A stretch of DNA of 45,969 nt from a virus, in the IMG/VR virus record IMGVR_UViG_3300048861_000020, positions 1-45,969 of that record. One strand, 5' to 3'. Below, piece by piece: positions 1 to 6,893 of the stretch (its first letter is position 1; every line of letters starts with the position of its first letter). A program made the position numbers and the translations under genes. A model generated the notes under the pieces. That model was not told where the DNA came from. It did not search any database and saw only the letters and a program-made list of their open reading frames with translations.

Positions 1-29
1 GAGCAAGATGACTGAGTTGCTGCTCACGT
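1..29. repeat. 29-bp terminal direct repeat, identical to 45941-45969 (circular-closure overlap)
   Basis: gagcaagatgactgagttgctgctcacgt is found at both window ends. One ORF reads through the join in frame. Confidence 0.95.
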
Positions 30-555
30 CATGCACGAAGTCGGGACGGCACCGGCACTCCGCGCCGGTTTCGTCGTCAATCCAGAAGGCCGACACTTCA
101 GCCTTGCCGCTCGCAAGCACGTCGCCGATCTCGGGCAGCGCACGGACCGAAACAGCTTGGCGCATGGCTGCCTCATACTGGTCGTGCGTAATGATCGTCG
201 CGCCGTTCGTACGTGCGTTGAAGTCTGACCACCACTGCATGGACGCGACGCTTTCAGGGGATGGCTTCTTAGCGTTCCACTGCGCTTCCGTCGGCCGTCG
301 CGGCGCGCTTTCCGGCACGATCGCGTAACGCTTCTCGAACTGTTCCGGTTCGAGGATCGCGCAGTGCGCGAGATGGCCTTCGAGCTGACCGCTCTTTTCG
401 CGCGACGGAGGCCGGTTCGGGTCCAGGTGTCGCGCGTAGTAGATCGCGGGTGACAGGTCGATCGAGTCGAGGCCCGACTTTGAGATCGGCGTCATGCCGT
501 GGTATTCGTCGATGTCGAGGTCATACACGACACCGGGGATGAATTCGCGCTTCAC
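1..555 (-). CDS. RecE-like PD-(D/E)XK exonuclease, N-terminal 185 codons (continues at 45940 down to 45605 across the junction)
   Basis: GTG at 555 follows GGGAGAGGAAGC. Translation VKREFIPGVVYDLDIDEYHG...HCAILEP...RCRPDFVHDVSSNSVILL joins in frame to LLDVKTFSD... at the other window end. Open at position 1, so it is absent from the ORF track. Confidence 0.85.
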   Translation of the reverse strand, partial: MKREFIPGVVYDLDIDEYHGMTPISKSGLDSIDLSPAIYYARHLDPNRPPSREKSGQLEGHLAHCAILEPEQFEKRYAIVPESAPRRPTEAQWNAKKPSPESVASMQWWSDFNARTNGATIITHDQYEAAMRQAVSVRALPEIGDVLASGKAEVSAFWIDDETGAECRCRPDFVHDVSSNSVILL

Positions 556-650
556 GCTTCCTCTCCCTTCGTCCCAGCGCCGTTTATAAACGCGACGAAA
601 ATCATCGCGGCGATGCCCCAAACGATGGCAACAATGACTGCGAAGCTCAT
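552..650 (-). CDS. 32-aa hydrophobic peptide (single predicted TM helix)
   Basis: ATG at 650 follows GGAGG. Sequence MSFAVIVAIVWGIAAMIFVAFINGAGTKGEEA. ATGA overlap with the upstream stop and GTGA overlap with the exonuclease start. Too short for the ORF track. Confidence 0.45.
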   Translation of the reverse strand: MSFAVIVAIVWGIAAMIFVAFINGAGTKGEEA

Positions 651-877
651 GCTTGCCTCCCGACGAAAGCCGAACGAACCGGGTCGCGCTTGCCGAAGAA
701 CTCCTCGCGGAACTGCTCGCGCTCAAGCGCCTGTGCGTCCTGCAACGCGCGGTCTGCGCGTCGGTTTGCCTCGTCGAGCGCCCAGCGCGCCTTGACGCGC
801 TCGTCGCAGATGTGCTGCAGGAATTCGCGCGCCCGTCGGCGGTCGTTGAGCGCAAAAAGTTTGCGGAGAAGTTTCAT
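647..877 (-). CDS. hypothetical early protein (76 aa, Arg/Glu-rich helical)
   Basis: ORF track. Sits in the chain of translationally coupled leftward early genes. Confidence 0.6.
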   Translation of the reverse strand: MKLLRKLFALNDRRRAREFLQHICDERVKARWALDEANRRADRALQDAQALEREQFREEFFGKRDPVRSAFVGRQA

Positions 878-879
878 GG

Positions 880-993
880 TCAGCCTCGAAGGATGGTGAT
901 GATCAAACCGGCGGAAAGAACTGCGAAGCCGCAGATCGCGAGGTAGGTCAGGAACGCCCGCACGTCGTTGAGCTCCTGTTCGGTTGCGTGCAT
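880..993 (-). CDS. 37-aa peptide with C-terminal TM helix
   Basis: ATG at 993 shares the A of the upstream TGA (TGATG). Sequence MHATEQELNDVRAFLTYLAICGFAVLSAGLIITILRG. Stop lies 2 nt before the next ATG. Confidence 0.45.
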   Translation of the reverse strand: MHATEQELNDVRAFLTYLAICGFAVLSAGLIITILRG

Positions 994-1355
994 CAGTGGC
1001 GCTCCCGGCTGGTTGGCTCTTGCTCCATCGCGTTCGCCTCGGTGGCGGCGAGCTCGACGCTGTCGCAGAGCAGGGCGGCTTTCACCATCGCTTGCAACTC
1101 GGTGGCGAACGGCGATTCGTCCGCGAACGTCAGGTAGTGCAGTCGGCAGATTTCGCGCGGCAACGTCGAGATGCGTTCGAGCGCAAGGATGAAGTCGACC
1201 GTGCTCAGGTTCGCGATGCGCTTCACGTACAGCTCGTCGGCGCGCTTCTCGATGTATTCCCGCACGCGCTCTTGGCGCGCCTCGTCTTGGCTCAATTCGT
1301 CGAGGCCGCGGTCGATGGCGTAATCGCCCGCGCTCATGGTTCGTTGAAAGTTCAT
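993..1355 (-). CDS. hypothetical early protein (120 aa from ATG 1355; the track uses TTG 1367)
   Basis: ORF track 993..1367. The ATG at 1355 lies 2 nt after the stop of the upstream mini-ORF. Confidence 0.65.
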   Translation of the reverse strand: MNFQRTMSAGDYAIDRGLDELSQDEARQERVREYIEKRADELYVKRIANLSTVDFILALERISTLPREICRLHYLTFADESPFATELQAMVKAALLCDSVELAATEANAMEQEPTSRERH

Positions 1356-1357
1356 GT

Positions 1358-1483
1358 TCAGCACCAAGTGATTGAGTTCAGATCAACCGTGCGGCGGTAC
1401 ACCGACCGGTTCAGCCAAGGAACGAACGTGTATTCCATGTACGCGTTCGAGCCGATGTAAATCCAGTTGTGCAGCACGTTCAC
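1358..1483 (-). CDS. possible 41-aa first ORF of the leftward operon
   Basis: GTG at 1483 lies 8 nt after GAGG. Third codon positions are mostly G/C. Sequence VNVLHNWIYIGSNAYMEYTFVPWLNRSVYRRTVDLNSITWC. Confidence 0.35.
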   Translation of the reverse strand: MNVLHNWIYIGSNAYMEYTFVPWLNRSVYRRTVDLNSITWC

Positions 1484-1863
1484 TGGTCAACCTCGTCGTT
1501 TTGTCACGGCACACCCGCCCGGATGCGCCTTGATAAAACCAACGTCTTAGTAGTACTCATTTCAAAGCACTAAAAATGAGCGCTCCCCGAACGCGCATTA
1601 GCTAGTGCTCTGTCACATACGGCCCGGCTACTCCCGAGCGTGTCGGCTCCGGGTCCGTATGCGCTGTAATCAATCCGCTCGGTGTTCTATAGCTACATCT
1701 GGCAGCCAGGCACTTCGCGGATAGCCTCGGGTCTTTAGTCAGGAGTCGAGGGTTACGTCCTGCGCCTAGATGCTCCAAAGAGCTATCGGCGTGTTCTATC
1801 GTTTCCGGCGGTGTTAAAGAGCGTGCCTTGCGGCGCTGCGCTGTTCGTTCAGCGCATAGACGT

Positions 1864-1892
1864 ATTAAACACCACGTTTAACCACGTGTCAA
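1864..1892 (-). promoter_or_regulatory. leftward early promoter (PL analogue)
   Basis: Read on the minus strand: -35 TTGACA (1892-1887), 17-nt spacer, -10 TTTAAT (1869-1864). Same cassette as at 3172-3200. Confidence 0.6.
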
Positions 1893-1900
1893 ACAGTTTG
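1865..1900. promoter_or_regulatory. OL operator pair: 17-bp palindrome TTAAAC-N5-GTTTAA (1865-1881) and 11-bp palindrome CAAACAGTTTG (1890-1900)
   Basis: Both palindromes recur with the same spacing and the same overlap of the -10 and -35 at the rightward promoter. Confidence 0.6.
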
Positions 1901-1966
1901 TTTATCTACGTGCAAGTTTTTTGGCGGGGCGCAAACTTTCTTCGTTGTAATGTTCGGTTGCGGACG

Positions 1967-1990
1967 AAAAAAAACCCGCCAGCGGCGGGT
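1967..1990 (-). terminator. rho-independent terminator ending the cI transcription unit
   Basis: Minus strand reads ACCCGCC-GCT-GGCGGGT followed by TTTTTTTT, about 25 nt after the stop at 2013. Confidence 0.8.
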
Positions 1991-2012
1991 TCGGAGAGGA
2001 AGGAGGGCGGGG

Positions 2013-2372
2013 TTACTGGGTGCGCAACCAAGTACGCGTCTTGGCGACGCGCATACAAGCAGCCCACTGGTGGAAGTCTTGGGTGTGGTTGAAGCCGCTC
2101 TCAATCTTGCAGAGGTTCCACATCTCGTCGGTGACGGCGCTGTCTCGCTGCAGCTGGTCCACCTCGGCGACATCGCTAAGGACCATGCGCATGCAGCTCT
2201 TCTGGAGCGCCGGCCGGCCTTCCGCAACGGCAAGCTCGCCGCACCGAAGTTCCCAGCCGTGCACGATCGAGTTGATTTCCTGATCGCTCATCGACTTCTG
2301 AGCCATTGCGCAAGCGGGCGCCAGCGCCAGCGCTGCCACCGCGGCCCCGACGAAGAGAGAGAGCCGGTTCAT
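2013..2372 (-). CDS. secreted (signal-peptide) Cys-containing protein co-transcribed with cI; lysogeny-expressed moron
   Basis: N-terminus MNRLSLFVGAAVAALALAPACAMA-Q looks like a Sec signal peptide. ATGA overlap with the cI stop. Followed by a strong terminator. Confidence 0.75.
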   Translation of the reverse strand: MNRLSLFVGAAVAALALAPACAMAQKSMSDQEINSIVHGWELRCGELAVAEGRPALQKSCMRMVLSDVAEVDQLQRDSAVTDEMWNLCKIESGFNHTQDFHQWAACMRVAKTRTWLRTQ

Positions 2373-3124
2373 ATCAGCTCCCGGATCTGTCGCGCCGGGA
2401 CGGGGTGTGCCACGTAATACATCCAGGTGATCTCCTCGGGCTGGTACGTGTGCACTTCCGGGTCCGCGTAGGAACCCAAGCGAATCCCTCCGCGGCGTGC
2501 GAGCAGTCGCTTGAGCATCGTTTCCCCGGTCGCGAGTCGGACTAGGACGTCGTCCTCCAACTCCGGCTCCGTGGCAGGCAACACCAACGCGAACTCACCC
2601 GCGTTGTACCGCGGCGCCATCGAATGACCCACAACAGGGATGAGAAACGCTCGTTGATCGTTCGTTACGATCTCGGCGTATTTATTGGTAGCACCCACCG
2701 GGTAGTCCTCGTCAGTCCATATCCGCTCAGGCAGTCCGCGTTGCATATTTCCTATGACAAAAACTCGACGGAAGCCAGATAGGTCTAGAGAATAACGGAT
2801 AGATTCGTAGGTTGCTGAGGAATTTTTTTCGGAGTCCGGCCCTTTTTCAGAGACGCTGTTTGTCCCGGTAGCGTGTTCTCGGTTGTCGTTCGTACCTTCG
2901 GGCGACGTCAAACCTGTCATCGGCCCGGCGCCCGAGATTAGCCACATCACATTGCAGCCGAGGACCGGAGCCACCTTGAACGCACCGGCTTTGGACACGC
3001 CTCTCCGTTCCCAGTTGTTGAGGAGCTGGGGTGACTCGTTCAGGAAGTTGGCAACGGCCGACTGGCCCGTTATCCCATGAAGCCTTTCGGCCGCTTCATA
3101 TAGCCGTTCCATTGTTTCGTGCAT
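2369..3124 (-). CDS. cI: CI-type repressor (N-terminal HTH, C-terminal S24/LexA-like autopeptidase)
   Basis: MHETMERLYEAAERLHGITGQSAVANFLNES...NNWERRG is HTH-like. VVGHSMAP (Ser) and MLKRL (Lys) form the peptidase dyad. The 551-aa track ORF is truncated to ATG 3124 because its extension runs antisense through cro. Confidence 0.9.
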   Translation of the reverse strand: MHETMERLYEAAERLHGITGQSAVANFLNESPQLLNNWERRGVSKAGAFKVAPVLGCNVMWLISGAGPMTGLTSPEGTNDNREHATGTNSVSEKGPDSEKNSSATYESIRYSLDLSGFRRVFVIGNMQRGLPERIWTDEDYPVGATNKYAEIVTNDQRAFLIPVVGHSMAPRYNAGEFALVLPATEPELEDDVLVRLATGETMLKRLLARRGGIRLGSYADPEVHTYQPEEITWMYYVAHPVPARQIRELI

Positions 3125-3143
3125 GCGCGCGATCTTCCCGCAT

Positions 3144-3199
3144 TTAAACACCGCGTTGTTCAACAAACCGTTTGACTTATGTTTAAACGTGGTGTTTAA
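3144..3199. promoter_or_regulatory. OR operator cluster: imperfect TTAAACACCGCGTTGTT (3144-3160), CAAACCGTTTG (3164-3174), TTAAACGTGGTGTTTAA (3183-3199)
   Basis: Lies between divergent cI and cro. 3183-3199 is the exact reverse complement of 1865-1881. Confidence 0.65.
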
Positions 3200-3200
3200 T
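3172..3200 (+). promoter_or_regulatory. rightward early promoter (PR analogue)
   Basis: -35 TTGACT (3172-3177), 17-nt spacer, -10 TTTAAT (3195-3200). Only 5 nt separate the -10 from the cro ATG. Confidence 0.6.
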
Positions 3201-3205
3201 GAGGC

Positions 3206-3406
3206 ATGGACAAAAAAACTCTCACTATCGAGGCAGACCGGAGGCTCATCAACGAGCTCGGTGGTGCCGCTCAGCTCGCAAAGCTGCTCGGGTACGACTC
3301 CCGAGGCGGTGTTCAGCGCGTCCACAACTGGAAGGAGCGCGGCATCCCTCCCGCCGTCAAGCTCGAGTTCCCCGACATCTTTCTGGTCGACCGGGTTCCG
3401 TCTTAG
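3206..3406 (+). CDS. cro: Cro/YdaS-like HTH regulator
   Basis: 66 aa, divergent from cI. GGAAQLAKLLGYDSRGGVQRVHNWKERGIPP is typical of Cro/YdaS-type HTH proteins. Confidence 0.8.
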   Translation: MDKKTLTIEADRRLINELGGAAQLAKLLGYDSRGGVQRVHNWKERGIPPAVKLEFPDIFLVDRVPS

Positions 3407-3429
3407 CCGACGCCGGTCGATCATTTTCC
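3387..3429 (+). terminator. hairpin at the cro stop (possible tR1-like attenuator)
   Basis: 8-bp stem TCGACCGG/CCGGTCGA with an 18-nt loop containing the cro stop, then TCATTTTCC. The T-run is weak. Confidence 0.3.
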
Positions 3430-3487
3430 TACGCACCGATTTCTGCGTCAGTTTCATTGTTGTTCTTTTTAAAGGAGAAACAAGGCT

Positions 3488-3712
3488 ATGTCCCGAAGAG
3501 CAGAGTTCCGCAACGAAGTAAAGACGCGTCTGGAGGATGCCGTGTACGACGGCATGCAGACCTTCAAGGCGCTCTATGGCATCGACAGCGACTCGGCTGC
3601 GCTTGCGCGCATCACGAAGCTGTTTCTGTTCGGCACAGTTGGCACTTTGCCAGCGAACCTCATCGGCGTCAGTGCCGAAGCGCCCCAGTCTGGGAGCACG
3701 GTGAACGCATGA
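3488..3712 (+). CDS. hypothetical early protein (74 aa, cII position)
   Basis: AAGGAG lies 9 nt upstream of the ATG. ORF track. Confidence 0.65.
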   Translation: MSRRAEFRNEVKTRLEDAVYDGMQTFKALYGIDSDSAALARITKLFLFGTVGTLPANLIGVSAEAPQSGSTVNA

Positions 3713-3906
3713 CTGAAGGAAAGACGCAACTCGCAGCGGAGATCCCTGTGCCAGAAGCAGCAGAACTGGTGGCGGAATCGCTACGAATGGGCGTTTCGAT
3801 ACAGACGTTTGTCGGTTATCACGTTTTGCGCTCGCTGTACGGGGCGATGCATCCGGAAGTAGTTGCTTTTCACGCGGCCCACCTTGGGAACGCGAGGGAA
3901 AAATGA
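3709..3906 (+). CDS. hypothetical 65-aa protein, possibly ribbon-helix-helix-like
   Basis: ATGA overlap with the preceding stop. Sequence MTEGKTQLAAEIPVPEAAELVAESLRMGVSIQTFVGYHVLRSLYG... This is the C-terminal part of track ORF 3199..3906. Confidence 0.5.
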   Translation: MTEGKTQLAAEIPVPEAAELVAESLRMGVSIQTFVGYHVLRSLYGAMHPEVVAFHAAHLGNAREK

Positions 3907-4035
3907 CTCGCCAGACCACTGGCGGACGAGAAGGACCGGTACGAGGCCGGTAACAGCTGGGAAGAGTCGATTCACAAGCAAGTTCGTCAAGAGCTTTCTT
4001 ATGTGCCGATTTAGTACTCCTCACTGGGAGCCCAG

Positions 4036-4338
4036 ATGGAACATGACTTTTATAGCCCGATCTCGGGCCGGCGCGTGTCGGAAACCCAGCACGCGTCGTT
4101 TCATTCCTTGACGGTCAAGCAGCTCAGCACCACGCAGCAAATGGTGATGGACTGCTTCGACAGCCAGGAGACGCTTCTCACGCGCGAAGAAATCGCCTCG
4201 CGCACCAACCTCAAACTCTCGAGCGTCTGCGGACGGGTCCGCGCTCTTCTGGATGCCAGCCGGCTTCAGAAGCGCGGGTCGGTGCGCGACGTCGCAACCG
4301 GCAAGAGCCAAGAACTTCTCGGACTGCCGAAGGCTTAA
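4036..4338 (+). CDS. winged-helix DNA-binding protein
   Basis: 100 aa, GGGAG upstream. LTREEIASRTNLKLSSVCGRVRALLDASRL resembles a MarR/wHTH recognition region. Confidence 0.65.
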   Translation: MEHDFYSPISGRRVSETQHASFHSLTVKQLSTTQQMVMDCFDSQETLLTREEIASRTNLKLSSVCGRVRALLDASRLQKRGSVRDVATGKSQELLGLPKA

Positions 4339-4340
4339 TC

Positions 4341-5180
4341 ATGGCTGGCGACTGGATCAAGATGCGAAGCAACTTGTGGGACGACCCCCGCGTTGCACGC
4401 CTGTGCGACCTCACGGACGCAAACGAATCGACCGTGATCGGCGGACTGTACTGGCTCTGGTCCACCGCCGACCAGCATTCGGAAGACGGCTGCATGCCCG
4501 GACTGACGCCTCGCTCCATCGATCGGAAGACGGGCATTCCTGGCTTCGCTGCGGCTCTTATCGAAATCGACTGGCTTCAGGACGATCCGCAGGGCGTAGT
4601 CCTGAAACGCTTCGAAGAGCACAACGGTGCTTCCGCGAAGAAGCGCGCCGTTACGGCAAAGCGTGTTGCCACACATCGCGGTAACGCTGAAGTAACGCAC
4701 GCAGCGTTACAGGAAGAAGAGGAGGGCGTTACAGGTGCGTTAGCTAGAGAAAGAGAAAGAGAAGAGAAGAATAAAAACACAGAGGTAAGGACGGACGTAG
4801 GTGGTGAGACTCGCGCAAGCGTCCGACCGTCCGACCTATCCGCAGCGATGCGAAGGAATTCGATTGAGGCGCAGCCCGGCGACCCGCGCATCGTTGCCGC
4901 AGCAGAAGCCGGCATCAGCGTCGAGACGATCGAGGCTGCATGCGCAGAGGCAAAGGCAGCCGATCCTGTTGGCCGCATCAAGGCGGGGTTCGTAGTGGCG
5001 ATCGCCCAGCGGTGGACGTCTGACGCGGCCAAGCCGCCGCCTGCCGGCCGATCTCGACCGCCGCAGCACCGCAGCTATCACGACGAACGCGCAGACACCA
5101 TCGCAGCACTCACCGGCCGGAGCCGACGAAATGAATCAGATGACCGAATTGTCGACGTTGAAGCAACCCGACTCGCGTGA
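4341..5180 (+). CDS. replication initiator / replisome organiser (lambda O position)
   Basis: Conserved-looking N-terminus MAGDWIKMRSNLWDDPRV. Internal iteron block plus purine-rich tract. Lies immediately upstream of the P-like loader. Confidence 0.65.
   Translation: MAGDWIKMRSNLWDDPRVARLCDLTDANESTVIGGLYWLWSTADQHSEDGCMPGLTPRSIDRKTGIPGFAAALIEIDWLQDDPQGVVLKRFEEHNGASAKKRAVTAKRVATHRGNAEVTHAALQEEEEGVTGALAREREREEKNKNTEVRTDVGGETRASVRPSDLSAAMRRNSIEAQPGDPRIVAAAEAGISVETIEAACAEAKAADPVGRIKAGFVVAIAQRWTSDAAKPPPAGRSRPPQHRSYHDERADTIAALTGRSRRNESDDRIVDVEATRLA
4681..4786. repeat. candidate origin: five GTAACGC/GCGTTAC heptamers followed by an A/G-rich tract
   Basis: GTAACGC at 4681 and 4692. GCGTTAC at 4704 and 4726, and GCGTTA at 4737. 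Then AGAGAAAGAGAAAGAGAAGAGAAGAATAAAAACACAGAGG (4746-4786), all inside the initiator gene. Confidence 0.4.
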
Positions 5181-5745
5181 CGACTGGCCGGAAAACGCGC
5201 TGCCGCGCAAGTGGATCGAAGTCCTGTTCTCGAAGATGAGCGCGGTCTACGGCGCCCGGTTCGCGGATATGTGGCGTGGCACGAACCCGGTCGAAGTGCA
5301 GAAGGTCTGGGCGGTCGAGCTCAAAAAGCTGTCGAACGCGCAGCTCAAGGCGGGCAGCGAAAACCTCACCGCGCTCGTGAAGGTGCCGAATCTTCCAGAG
5401 TTCGTCGCGCACTGCAAGCAGGCCCGGGTCGATCAGGCGGCCTCGGCGGCCCCGCAACTCGCGGATGGCACTCGGGCATCGGACGAGACCATCGAAGCCA
5501 ACCTGCCGAAGATCCAGCGCGCCGCGCGCCGCGCCACTAGCCGAAGCATCGGCGCGGTCGGCTGGGCGTTCGAGATGGTCGACACGGGTCTCGCACGTAA
5601 CGGCCTGTCGCTTCCTCCCGAGGTGCTGCGACACGCTGAAGACGCGGTCCTGTCGGGCGCTGGGATTCAGGCGGCGAACCGAAACGACGCATACGCGGCG
5701 ACTAGGCGCGCTGTCATCAACAAGCGCGGCGAGGCCGCTGCGTGA
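5131..5745 (+). CDS. lambda P-like replication protein (helicase loader)
   Basis: EVQKVWAVELKKLSNAQLKAGSENLTALVKVPNLPEFVAHCKQA parallels the lambda P segment ...RRQWVLAFRENGITTMEQV...PFLPSPGQFVAWCRE. Confidence 0.7.
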   Translation: MNQMTELSTLKQPDSRDDWPENALPRKWIEVLFSKMSAVYGARFADMWRGTNPVEVQKVWAVELKKLSNAQLKAGSENLTALVKVPNLPEFVAHCKQARVDQAASAAPQLADGTRASDETIEANLPKIQRAARRATSRSIGAVGWAFEMVDTGLARNGLSLPPEVLRHAEDAVLSGAGIQAANRNDAYAATRRAVINKRGEAAA

Positions 5746-6032
5746 GGCGCGCGGCACGGGTGGACGCGAACCAGCCCGAGATCGTCGCGGCACTTCGCAA
5801 GATCGGCGCGAGCGTCACGCCGATCCACGCAGTAGGGCAGGGATGCCCGGATTTGTTGGTCGGGTTTCGCGGGCGGACGGTGGTGCTGGAAGTGAAGGAC
5901 GGCGCCAAGCCGCCGAGCGCCCGAAAGCTGACAGACGACGAGGCGGTGTGGTTCGGGAACTGGCGCGGTGAAGCATACGTGGTTGAGACGCCGGAACAGG
6001 CGATTGAGTGTTTGACGAGGAGCGGGTCATGA
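5742..6032 (+). CDS. VRR-NUC / PD-(D/E)XK small nuclease
   Basis: GCPDLLVGFRGRTVVLEVKDG gives the D...(D/E)xK arrangement. 96 aa. Confidence 0.7.
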   Translation: MRRAARVDANQPEIVAALRKIGASVTPIHAVGQGCPDLLVGFRGRTVVLEVKDGAKPPSARKLTDDEAVWFGNWRGEAYVVETPEQAIECLTRSGS

Positions 6033-6397
6033 GAGAACTGAAAGCGAAGCACATCGAGAAGCTCCTGCAGGTGCTTAAGGAGCGCGGTCCGATGACGACC
6101 GCACAACTCCGCCAGGCTCTGCACCTGAGCAAGACGCCGATCGAGACTCGTATCGCCAACGCACGGGCGGCCGGGCTGATTCACGTCGCTGGCTATGCGA
6201 AGGCGGAGAGTCCCCGCAATTACTCGAAGCGTCTCTGGGCGGCCGGCAGCGCGCCTGATGTGTGCAGCGAGGCGCGCATCTATCGCGAGGATCTCGCCGA
6301 ACGGAAGCGACGCGCGGAGCAGCTGGCGTGTTCACAGCGAGAAGTAAAGCCGTTCCGCGATCCCGTGATTGCCGCCTTCTTTGGAGATGCACGATGA
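6029..6397 (+). CDS. winged-helix protein (122 aa from ATG 6029)
   Basis: ATGA overlap with the previous stop, GAGGAG 6 nt upstream. LKERGPMTTAQLRQALHLSKTPIETRIANARAAGLI. Confidence 0.65.
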   Translation: MRELKAKHIEKLLQVLKERGPMTTAQLRQALHLSKTPIETRIANARAAGLIHVAGYAKAESPRNYSKRLWAAGSAPDVCSEARIYREDLAERKRRAEQLACSQREVKPFRDPVIAAFFGDAR

Positions 6398-6477
6398 TAC
6401 CCGCCGACTTCGATCCGTTCTATGCCGTCACGGGTGTGAAGCGCCGTGACTGGACCAAGCCTATGGAGCAGAAATGA
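6394..6477 (+). CDS. 27-aa coupled mini-ORF
   Basis: ATGA overlaps at both ends, GGAG 8 nt upstream. Sequence MIPADFDPFYAVTGVKRRDWTKPMEQK. Confidence 0.35.
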   Translation: MIPADFDPFYAVTGVKRRDWTKPMEQK

Positions 6478-6893
6478 GCAATGAGCGCGAGGTGCTCCAG
6501 CCGCTTGAAGAGCCGGTCACGATTAGGAAGGCGCTGTTGGCAGGCCGCGTTGCGCAGCATACGGTCGCTGTCGGCGGTGAGCATTCGGCCTTCTTGGTCA
6601 ACATCCAACTGACCGGGTGGAATAACACCGAGGAATACACGAAGGGCTTCGTTGACGGATTCAACCGAGCGGCGGAATGGATGCAGGCCGCCGTGCTGGC
6701 CCACCTTTCGGCAGACACGCGCGATGCGGCGCGGTTTGTCGCCTTTGTCGGCGCGATGCTCGCAGACATTCGCGGCGAGGACCTAACGGCCCAGCAGACG
6801 GCGGTGCGCGCGCAGTTCGAAGATAACGCGCCGTTGTCTCTCGATGGAGTCCGCGCACGCATTGACGTAGCGCTGGCCAAGGAGCCGCAATGA
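6474..6893 (+). CDS. hypothetical protein (139 aa)
   Basis: ORF track. Coupled start and stop. Confidence 0.7.
   Translation: MSNEREVLQPLEEPVTIRKALLAGRVAQHTVAVGGEHSAFLVNIQLTGWNNTEEYTKGFVDGFNRAAEWMQAAVLAHLSADTRDAARFVAFVGAMLADIRGEDLTAQQTAVRAQFEDNAPLSLDGVRARIDVALAKEPQ

Noticed and set aside
1811-2417. Plus-strand ORFs across the OL/terminator/moron region
   Set aside because: They cross a minus-strand terminator and the operator cassette. The minus-strand secreted-protein ORF has the better context (ATGA coupling to cI, followed by a terminator).
2369-4024. 551-aa minus-strand ORF in the track
   Set aside because: Only the last 251 codons look like a repressor (HTH plus S24 peptidase). The upstream extension runs antisense through the operator region, cro and three plus-strand genes. 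It is Arg/Pro-rich, as expected for an open shadow frame in high-GC DNA.
3903-4035. Short ORF (16 aa) and hairpins (CGCCAG-ACCA-CTGGCG at about 3909-3924) between early genes
   Set aside because: The ORF is too short and has no conservation signal. The hairpins lack a U-run. I could not support a specific function.
5110-5793. 227-aa minus-strand ORF and the alternative plus-strand frames at 5211-5971
   Set aside because: They overlap the lambda-P-like gene, whose frame carries the recognisable motif. The alternatives are Arg/Ala/Pro-rich.
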